Shown here: positions 51,937 to 59,704 of the stretch, in pieces
How the letters are laid out: every line of letters starts with the position of its first letter
Position numbering within the stretch: the stretch's first letter is position 1
NCBI GenBank assembly: GCA_051382295.1
Contig: JBBCAW010000078.1
Span: 1-64,000, forward strand
Source of the DNA: Bdellovibrionota bacterium FG-1
Lineage (GTDB): Bacteria > Bdellovibrionota > UBA1018
Direction: 5' to 3'
DNA length: 64,000 nt
Translations under genes and position numbers: made by a program
Notes under the pieces: generated by a model
Database searches by the model: none
What the model was told of the DNA's origin: nothing
Seen by the model: the letters and a program-made list of their open reading frames with translations, nothing else

Positions 51937-54900
51937 ATGACTCTTTCTGACCTTTCTATCAAAAAACCCGTCTTTGCCTGGATGCTCATGGCAGGACTTT
52001 TGGTTTTCGGCGCGATTTCTTACAGTTTTATGGGGATCAGCCAACTCCCCGACGTCGATTTTCCGGTCGTGACCATTCAAATCACCTGGCCGGGAGCTTC
52101 CCCCGACGTGATGGAAAACGCGGTCGCCGACATCATTGAAAATGCAGTGATGAGCGTGGATGGCATTCAGCTGGTACAATCCACCTCCCAACAAGCGATG
52201 ACTCAGATCACGATTCAGTTTAGCCTCGCACAAGACATCAACGTTGCGCTTCAGCAAGTCCAAACCAAGATTTCCCAGGCCCAAAAAAATCTCCCACAAA
52301 CCATTGATCCCCCGGTCATCACTAAAACCAATCCCAACGATCAGCCGATCATGTGGACCGCGGCCTATAGCGAAAACGGCACCTTGCGTGACCTCGCGCT
52401 CTTTGTACGCGACCATCTTCGTGACACGATCACCACGGTCAATGGAGTCGGTGATGTACTCATGGGCGGCTTTGTCGATCCTCAAATGCGCATTTGGCTG
52501 CATCCAGACGAGATGCGCAAACGCGAGATCACCGCCCACGACATTATCGACGCGATCAACAACGAACACCAGCTCGCGCCCACGGGTTACCAAGATCGCG
52601 GCAACACGGAGACCTATATCCGCGTCCATTCTGAATTCAAGAACGCCCAAGAGTGCAACGATTTAATTATTCCGGCTCGTTTGGGCTCGCCGATTTGGAC
52701 TAAATTGCGGATTGGCGATGTCGCCACTTGCGCGGAAGACACGGATGAAATTCGACGAATCTCGCGCTATGCCGGTATTCAGCCGACCATTGGACTTGGC
52801 ATCATCAAACAACACGGCACGAATGCCGTGGCAATCGGGGACGCGGTCAAAAAGAAGATCACGCAACTGGAAGACGTCCTCCCCAAGGGAATGAAGATGG
52901 GGATCGTGACGGACACGACGGTCTTCATTAAAGACGCGATCAAAGAGCTTTTGTCCACCCTAGGCATGGCGGTTTTACTGACTGCGATGGTTTGTTATCT
53001 TTTTCTAGGAAGCTGGAGTTCGGCTTTTAACGTCATTTTGGCGATTCCCGTGTCTCTCATTGGCTCTTTTATCGTGCTCAATGCTTTAGGGTTCACGATC
53101 AATACGTTCACTTTGATGGGCCTGTCTCTTTCGATCGGAATCGTCGTTGATGACGCGATTATGGTGCTTGAAAACATCACCCGCCACAATGAGCTCGGAA
53201 AAACCCGCGTCCATGCGGCGCTTGTCGGTGCTCGCGAAATCACGGGAGCCGCCACGGCGTCCTCGCTTGCCATTCTTGCCATTTTTGTCCCCGTGGTTTT
53301 TATGAAGGGCATCATTGGCAAATTTTTTTACCAATTCGGCGTGACCCTTTCCGTTGCGGTTATGCTTTCACTGCTCGAAGCACTCACGCTCGCCCCGATG
53401 CGTTGTTCGCAGTTTTTGGTGATTGGTAAAGGCAATTTTGTGACTCAAAAAGTATCCCACGCGATGGATTGGCTGGCACGCCTCTACCGCAAAGCGCTGG
53501 TGTTTTGCTTAAACTGGCGCTGGACGGTGCTCCTCATCGCCACCACGGTTTTCGTTGGCTCACTCTTTTCGACGGGCGCACTCCGCAAAGAATTTATCCC
53601 GCCCCAGGATCAAAGTCGGTTTTTAGTGACGCTCTATACAAAAATGGGCTCATCCATTCAATTTACGGATGGCATCTTTCGCGAGGCCGAAAAAATCTAT
53701 AAAGCCCGTCCGGAAGTTCAAACCTACTATGTCGCCGTGGGTGGTTTTGGTGGGGGGCTTGTTAATCAGGGAATTAGCTTTATCACGCTCAAGGCTCCGG
53801 AAAATCGCCCGATCGTAGCACCTTTCAAAAAAGCCCCGACTCAGCAAGAATTTATGGCCTTCCTACGTGGCGAACTCGTCAAAATCCCCGGTGTCCAGCG
53901 CGCGACCATTCTGGACCTTTCGCTGACTGGCTTTAGTGCTCAGCGCGGTTATCCAATTGAGTTCGTCCTCCAAGGACCTGACTGGAACAAGCTTGTCGAG
54001 TTGTCACTCGCCATGCGCAAAAAGCTGGCGGCCTCGGGCCAAATGGCCGATGTGGACAGCGACTACAACCCCAATATGCCTGAAACCGAGGTCATACCCG
54101 ACCGAGCCAAGGCCGCGGTCCGTGGCATTCCGGTGACCACCATTGCGAGCACGATCGCGGCAATGGTGGGGGGCATGAAGCTTCTGCCCAATAAGTACAC
54201 GGACCAGTCTGGGCATCGAGACGACATCCAAATCAAGCTGGCACCGGGTGAAAATCAGGGTCCCGCGGACATTAGTAAACTCTGGGTACGCAACGTCCAT
54301 GGCGAAATCCTGCCGCTCAAAGAAGTGATTACTATTGAGCCAGGGAGTACGCTTTTGACGATCACCCGCTATAACCGAGAACGGGGCATCAGCGTCTACG
54401 GGAATTTCAAACCCGGGAAATCACAGGCGGATGTCATCAACTACGTTAAAAAACTCGCAAAAGAAACGCTGCCCGAGGGCTATCACATCACGCTTGCAGG
54501 CAGCTCGCAGGCATTCAATGAGTCCTTCAATAGTTTGATGCTCGCGCTGATTCTCGGAATCTTTGTGGCGTACATGGTTTTGGCGAGCCAATTTAACAGC
54601 TTTTTGCATCCGGCGATTATTTTGCTGGCGCTCCCCTTCAGTCTAACCGGCGCGCTTTGGGCTATGCGCATCACTGACATCTCATTGAATATTTACAGCG
54701 TGATTGGGATTTTGCTACTCATGGGGATCGTCAAAAAGAATTCGATCCTCCTCGTTGAATTTACGAACCACAAACGTCTCGAAGGTTTCTCGGTTCGTGA
54801 TGCCTTGATCGAAGCCTGTCCTGTCCGTTTACGTCCGATCTTGATGACCTCCATCGCTACGATCGCGGGTGCCATTCCTCAAGCCCTTTCCTTTGGCTCT

Positions 54901-55080
54901 GGAAGCGAAGTGATTCGACCTATGGCGATATCCGTCATCGGCGGCGTTTTGGTTTCGACCTTTTTGACGCTCTTTGTGGTGCCATGCGCCTATAGCCTCG
55001 CTAGCCGCCTTGAAAGTGGAAAGCACAAAAAGGAACTCCATGAAGCAATGGTCCTTTTGGGAGAGAAGCCCGCACATTAG
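51937..55080 (+). CDS. RND efflux permease (AcrB/AcrD/AcrF family)
   Basis: PDVDFP, GIVVDDAIMVLEN, GIVKKNSIL and RLRPILMT motifs. Confidence 0.95.
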   Translation: MTLSDLSIKKPVFAWMLMAGLLVFGAISYSFMGISQLPDVDFPVVTIQITWPGASPDVMENAVADIIENAVMSVDGIQLVQSTSQQAMTQITIQFSLAQDINVALQQVQTKISQAQKNLPQTIDPPVITKTNPNDQPIMWTAAYSENGTLRDLALFVRDHLRDTITTVNGVGDVLMGGFVDPQMRIWLHPDEMRKREITAHDIIDAINNEHQLAPTGYQDRGNTETYIRVHSEFKNAQECNDLIIPARLGSPIWTKLRIGDVATCAEDTDEIRRISRYAGIQPTIGLGIIKQHGTNAVAIGDAVKKKITQLEDVLPKGMKMGIVTDTTVFIKDAIKELLSTLGMAVLLTAMVCYLFLGSWSSAFNVILAIPVSLIGSFIVLNALGFTINTFTLMGLSLSIGIVVDDAIMVLENITRHNELGKTRVHAALVGAREITGAATASSLAILAIFVPVVFMKGIIGKFFYQFGVTLSVAVMLSLLEALTLAPMRCSQFLVIGKGNFVTQKVSHAMDWLARLYRKALVFCLNWRWTVLLIATTVFVGSLFSTGALRKEFIPPQDQSRFLVTLYTKMGSSIQFTDGIFREAEKIYKARPEVQTYYVAVGGFGGGLVNQGISFITLKAPENRPIVAPFKKAPTQQEFMAFLRGELVKIPGVQRATILDLSLTGFSAQRGYPIEFVLQGPDWNKLVELSLAMRKKLAASGQMADVDSDYNPNMPETEVIPDRAKAAVRGIPVTTIASTIAAMVGGMKLLPNKYTDQSGHRDDIQIKLAPGENQGPADISKLWVRNVHGEILPLKEVITIEPGSTLLTITRYNRERGISVYGNFKPGKSQADVINYVKKLAKETLPEGYHITLAGSSQAFNESFNSLMLALILGIFVAYMVLASQFNSFLHPAIILLALPFSLTGALWAMRITDISLNIYSVIGILLLMGIVKKNSILLVEFTNHKRLEGFSVRDALIEACPVRLRPILMTSIATIAGAIPQALSFGSGSEVIRPMAISVIGGVLVSTFLTLFVVPCAYSLASRLESGKHKKELHEAMVLLGEKPAH

Positions 55081-55139
55081 CATTGCCGGTCAACGGTCAT
55101 TACGTTATTAGTCAGAGGTCATTTATCTTTTAAAAATGT

Positions 55140-55215
55140 GGGGCTGTAGCTCAGTTGGTAGAGCGTCGCGTTCGCAATGCGAAGGTCGTCGGTTCGATCC
55201 CGATCAGCTCCACCA
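55140..55215 (+). tRNA. tRNA-Ala(CGC)
   Basis: GGGGCTG/CAGCTCC acceptor stem with G3:U70, TCGCG-TTCGCAA-TGCGA anticodon arm, CCA. Confidence 0.96.
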
Positions 55216-55256
55216 ACGCAACTATTCGTAATTAAAGAAGAATTTTAATTATCACC

Positions 55257-55291
55257 AAGCGCTACTGGGGCTGCCCCGGGGCGCTTTTTTT
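55257..55291 (+). terminator. Intrinsic terminator after tRNA-Ala
   Basis: AAGCGC...GGGG/CCCC...GCGCTT stem followed by a T-run. Confidence 0.7.
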
Positions 55292-55411
55292 GTTTGCGTA
55301 GCATTAGCGTAGCACGTCGAGAATATGCATGAGCGCATCGCGGCCATGAGCATTCCCCTTCAATTTTTCCGTTAACAACATTGCAAATGCGCTCGTGCCG
55401 CAAACACTTCC

Positions 55412-55804
55412 CTAGTGAATCCGGCGCACCAAAGCTTCCAATAATGCGCAATGCTCGTCACGAATGCGATCAAAAATTTGCGCAGCAAAATCCTCTTTGT
55501 AGGTATGGGAAGTCAGGTTTCGATCCACCTTCATTTTGAGCCATCCATCCTGCTCGAGTTCACCAATCAACTTCATCTGAAATCCGGCTTGAATCGCCTG
55601 CAGAGGGGTGGCTACCTCCAACCCCTCCTCTTCCGCTATTTTTTTGAGCGTTTTCCACGCGAGCTCATAGCTAAACTCAAAAGCCTGAATGACGCCTGCT
55701 CGGTCCCGATCGGTCATTACTGGCGTGGTCAAAAACTCCCGAAGTTTCATTACCGCCCGAGACAAATTATCGATCGCCTGTTTTTCACGTAGGGTGTTTT
55801 TCAT
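55412..55804 (-). CDS. HEPN protein (HI0074-type nucleotidyltransferase substrate-binding subunit)
   Basis: IQAFEFSYELAWK and RNLTSHTY (RX4H). Confidence 0.9.
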   Translation of the reverse strand: MKNTLREKQAIDNLSRAVMKLREFLTTPVMTDRDRAGVIQAFEFSYELAWKTLKKIAEEEGLEVATPLQAIQAGFQMKLIGELEQDGWLKMKVDRNLTSHTYKEDFAAQIFDRIRDEHCALLEALVRRIH

Positions 55805-56138
55805 AAATCACAAGCCCTTCTACTTGAATATTCTGTTTAAGCTTTGAGTCAGCCTGAGCGAGATCGATTAAATCGTAACGATGCAAACTCGGAGGATCCT
55901 GATCCATCCACGCCAAAAACTGCGCCCACCCTTGAGTGGCCGCTGCAGGAAAATCGAAAGCCAAATCGAAATCAGACCGACTTTTTGCATCACCCCGTGC
56001 TCGGGACCCAAATAAAAAAATTTGGCGGGGCGCAAAACATTTGACGGCCTCCGCCACCAAAACAACCAATGGCTTGGGCAAAAGCGCCAACCGCTGATCA
56101 ATCGATACGGTTTTCAATGCATGAGCTGTCCAAGTCAT
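55785..56138 (-). CDS. Minimal nucleotidyltransferase (MNT) antitoxin
   Basis: LFGSRARGD...SDFDLA. Confidence 0.9.
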   Translation of the reverse strand: MTWTAHALKTVSIDQRLALLPKPLVVLVAEAVKCFAPRQIFLFGSRARGDAKSRSDFDLAFDFPAAATQGWAQFLAWMDQDPPSLHRYDLIDLAQADSKLKQNIQVEGLVIYEKHPT

Positions 56139-56350
56139 GTCTCATTTTACCAATAATCGTAACAAATGGAAATGATGGATAAAACGCTCCCTGAGTTACC
56201 CTCCATCGGAATATTTATGCATCAAGACGGAACCTGTAATCATGACAAGTAGTTAAGCCTAAGAAATCACGGCATAATACGACCAGCCCTTAATTTACCA
56301 AAACACTCAAGTTTTATTATAGAATAACGATAGGAGGACTACGAGGGTCT

Positions 56351-58816
56351 ATGTCCGTATCCCGGTATATCCCATTACTCGCCTACTGCCTATTCGCCGC
56401 AGGGCTGATGTCATGCGATGATTCGGGCGTCACCACGACCGTGACGATCGAACCCACGCCTATCGTACCGACTCCCGTCGTATCCAGTGATATCAGCTTC
56501 GCGGGCGCGACGGGGGCGATCAACCTGGACGGCACCCAGATCACGATTTCCTGGAACGCGGCCACGGGCACTTTTGTTCGTTATCGCGTCTACGAAGTGC
56601 AAGCCGATGGAAGTCTCAGTACCATCGCCTCGCTGCCTTCTTCCATCACCTCGTACACCGCCACCGGCCTGACCGTCGGAACCCTCCATAGCTACATCGT
56701 TCGTACCGTGGATGCCGCCAACGCCACCGACGGCAATACCGTGGTCGTGAGCGCGATGACTTATGCCGGAATCAGCTCCACCAGCGGGATTGGGCAGACT
56801 TCCGCGACGCTGAAGTTTGCGGCCTGTAATATAGCCGATAGCGTGAACATCTATTGCTCGCTCCGGGGGGGCGCCTACGCGCTGACCGCAACGGTGGCGG
56901 CCACGCAAACCTCCGCGTCCCTCACCGGACTTCAAAGCGGTGCAAGTTATACCTGCAAAGCATTGGCAGTCAGCCAGCTTGGCTTCGAAGACGGCAACAC
57001 GGCCACCAAGACTTTTCAAACGGTGCCCACTCACACCGCCAACTACAAAGGACCGATCCTCGTCCAAGCTTTCGGGGAGGCCGGGGATGCTTCATGGACG
57101 CCCTACACAGGCCAACCCAAAGCTCGACAAGTCAGGATTACGTGGAAACCATTTACCGGCGCCAACGCCTCCACGCTCTACAAGCTCGTCCGCGTAGCAA
57201 AAGATGGCGTCATCGATACCACGGTGACCAACGCTTGTACTGCGGCCACAAACAGCTCATGCGTGGTGCAATGCCCTGCGAGCGCGATCACAGGTACCGT
57301 GATCAGTGACGACTCGGCTAATCTCATCGGCACGGCCCCCAAAACCTGTACGGACAACAACGTCGCGGCATCACCCACTCAGTACGATTACTACATCGCA
57401 CAGGTAATAAACGGATGGACCGAAGAGTCGCCCACCGCCGCCAATGGGGGCGATAGCGCTTACCGAATCACGGTACCGATCCCGCCGCATGATATGGTGC
57501 TCGTGCATCGAGATTCGGCCAATTATGAAATGTGCAATCTCATGGGCAAATCCGACATGGATCCAACCCATCACCAACGCTGCGCCTATACCGGGCTCGG
57601 CGCGGTTCCGACTAACTCCAATCCGGGCAATCCGGCGCTCAATCTGGATCCAGGCTATTATGATTTTGGTTACAATTTTTTTGTGGATCGTTGGGTGGCG
57701 GGGTGTAATTGGAGTCCGAGTGCGGCGACTACGAACGGCACCGGTAAATGCGGCGCGGGCCGCACCAACGGCGATTGCTTTGGCAATGTAAACCCCGACG
57801 CGAGCCTCGGCGTGGACGGCAACGTCTACTATGACTGGAGCGGTGGTTACTGCTGGGTGAACGTCGCGCAGACGTGGAGGCAGATGAATGAAACATCACT
57901 GACGAGTTCGCAACGCTTGCAAGCCTACACGAACACCCCCAGTACAACCGTTAAAAAGCCGCCCTTAGTCTACTTTGATCAAAACCGCGGGGCCGATATC
58001 TGCGCCGCCGTGACCGACCCAGATTATGGCGCTAAAAGACTTTTGAGACGCCGCGAGCAGATCGTCGCGTCGGCGTGGCCTTCAATTACGGGCGAACCGC
58101 ACGCCGTGAATGATAGCGAAATCAATTATCTCGAAGGCGGCATGAATCACCCCATCACCCACGCTTGCAACTCGAACATTCATTACGGCGTCAGCGCGGT
58201 CGGCAAGACGTTCAATGATTCGGGATATGAACTCGCCCGAAGCGCGGCATCCGGACCGGAGTCGTTTGTGATCGGGAGCACGAGTACCGCCAACTGTATT
58301 TCGCGTTTTGGCGCCCAAGATATGGCCGGAAACGTGCTGCAGTGGATCAGCGACCAGCTCGGTACTTGTGCTGCGGCCACGCACTCCTGCGCAGGTGCCA
58401 CGAGCCTTTTGGATAGTGGCAACACCGATTTGAGCGGCTTTATGTTTGATGGGTTGGGTGGCGGCACGGGCAATCACGGCCCAGGTGGGGGTGCGGCCGC
58501 CGTAACGGCCTGGCAACTCTCTCTGGGTACGTTCAGTTCTACTTATTTTTCCGTGCCGCTCGGGCTCCCTCTCGTTGGCAATGATAGCGGTAATGCTGTG
58601 ACGACCAGTAACTTTGGCTCAGTCGGCGCCAAATTTCATAGCAACTACATTTCGCTCAACACGGATGTCGCCACTGGTGTCCCTGCCCGAGGGGCGTATG
58701 TCGGGGGCCATTGGAGTTATGGTTCGTATAATGGCCGTTTCACGTTAATGGTAGGCAATATCCCGACAACTGCTGACTCTGGAATCGGCATCCGTTGTGG
58801 GCTTCCGGCGGAGTAG
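56351..58816 (+). CDS. Lipoprotein with FN3 domains and a C-terminal FGE-type C-type-lectin fold (paralog 1)
   Basis: Lipobox LMSC, FN3-like ISWNAA...YIVR, SRFGAQDMAGNV.QW, terminal GG.W....GRF...IG.RC. Confidence 0.8.
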   Translation: MSVSRYIPLLAYCLFAAGLMSCDDSGVTTTVTIEPTPIVPTPVVSSDISFAGATGAINLDGTQITISWNAATGTFVRYRVYEVQADGSLSTIASLPSSITSYTATGLTVGTLHSYIVRTVDAANATDGNTVVVSAMTYAGISSTSGIGQTSATLKFAACNIADSVNIYCSLRGGAYALTATVAATQTSASLTGLQSGASYTCKALAVSQLGFEDGNTATKTFQTVPTHTANYKGPILVQAFGEAGDASWTPYTGQPKARQVRITWKPFTGANASTLYKLVRVAKDGVIDTTVTNACTAATNSSCVVQCPASAITGTVISDDSANLIGTAPKTCTDNNVAASPTQYDYYIAQVINGWTEESPTAANGGDSAYRITVPIPPHDMVLVHRDSANYEMCNLMGKSDMDPTHHQRCAYTGLGAVPTNSNPGNPALNLDPGYYDFGYNFFVDRWVAGCNWSPSAATTNGTGKCGAGRTNGDCFGNVNPDASLGVDGNVYYDWSGGYCWVNVAQTWRQMNETSLTSSQRLQAYTNTPSTTVKKPPLVYFDQNRGADICAAVTDPDYGAKRLLRRREQIVASAWPSITGEPHAVNDSEINYLEGGMNHPITHACNSNIHYGVSAVGKTFNDSGYELARSAASGPESFVIGSTSTANCISRFGAQDMAGNVLQWISDQLGTCAAATHSCAGATSLLDSGNTDLSGFMFDGLGGGTGNHGPGGGAAAVTAWQLSLGTFSSTYFSVPLGLPLVGNDSGNAVTTSNFGSVGAKFHSNYISLNTDVATGVPARGAYVGGHWSYGSYNGRFTLMVGNIPTTADSGIGIRCGLPAE

Positions 58817-58850
58817 GTGGGCGCTCTGTGGTCACGGCTTTGCCGCGCAG

Positions 58851-59180
58851 TTAAGCGGCGTACTTCTTTCGCTTCTCGGCCAGGAGCTTGGATGCCTTTT
58901 TGCTCACACGCGCAACCTCTTTTTTGAAAGTCCCTGCGGCGCCCTCGGGAAAGAGGATGAAAGCCGGGTCAATGCCCAGGGCAGCGCCAATGAGGCTTGC
59001 CCGACGGGTGCCAATCTCCACCTTGTCATTTTCGATCAAACTCAGGTTCGACTCTGCAATTTCGGTCATTTCACCCAGTTCTTTGAGCGTAATTTTCCAG
59101 TTTCGCCGGTGAGCCCGGATCACCGAGCCGGAAGTGGAGGGGGCCTTAACTTGACTAATGACTTCCAATAAATTTTTCAT
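58851..59180 (-). CDS. Xre/Cro-C1 HTH antitoxin (HigA-like)
   Basis: ITLKELGEMTEIAESNLSLIENDK. Confidence 0.85.
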   Translation of the reverse strand: MKNLLEVISQVKAPSTSGSVIRAHRRNWKITLKELGEMTEIAESNLSLIENDKVEIGTRRASLIGAALGIDPAFILFPEGAAGTFKKEVARVSKKASKLLAEKRKKYAA

Positions 59181-59182
59181 AA

Positions 59183-59485
59183 TTACTTCTCCTTTTTCTG
59201 ATAATCGTGGTCTGCGGTGATCCTGACTACCATGACCGTGATGATCTGATCTTCCACTTTGTAGATGATCCTACCTTTGTAGCTGAAGCCCGACGAACGA
59301 TGTTCCGACCACTCACCAAAGAGCGGATGATCAGCCCACTTGTGGGGCTGCTCTTGCAACTTTTCAGGCCCATACTTCACGACGGTTTTTGCCCAAGTCT
59401 GGATGGTTTCAAGATCATCGGCCGAGAGGCTTTTAGTTTTAAATATTTCCGCAGCCTCATCAGTGATAATCACTTTCCATGCCAT
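59183..59485 (-). CDS. RelE/YafQ-superfamily mRNA interferase toxin
   Basis: WADHPLFGEWSEHRSSGFSYKGRIIY; toxin-first order with the HTH gene. Confidence 0.8.
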   Translation of the reverse strand: MAWKVIITDEAAEIFKTKSLSADDLETIQTWAKTVVKYGPEKLQEQPHKWADHPLFGEWSEHRSSGFSYKGRIIYKVEDQIITVMVVRITADHDYQKKEK

Positions 59486-59704
59486 ATTATCGTTTATAAT
59501 AACTTATTAAAAAGAGTAAGTCTAGTTCCATTCTTGATCAGGGCCTGAGCTAGGGCTTTGGGAAGCGCATTGGAACGGCACCTGAAACCGGGGGATACCA
59601 CCCATCGTCGTCCGCCTAAGTGCATGAAATTATTAAGTTACCTATATTTAACCAAAACACTCAAGTTTTATTATACAATAACGATAGGAGAACTAAGAGG
59701 CCCT

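Noticed and set aside
58817..58856. Integron attC site after lectin 1
   Set aside because: GTTAAGC fits GTTRRRY, but there is no matching RYYYAAC, no L boxes and no integron integrase.
59558..59704. 49-aa N-terminal extension of lectin 2 given in the ORF track
   Set aside because: Alignment with paralog 1, the RBS and the signal peptide place the start at ATG 59705.
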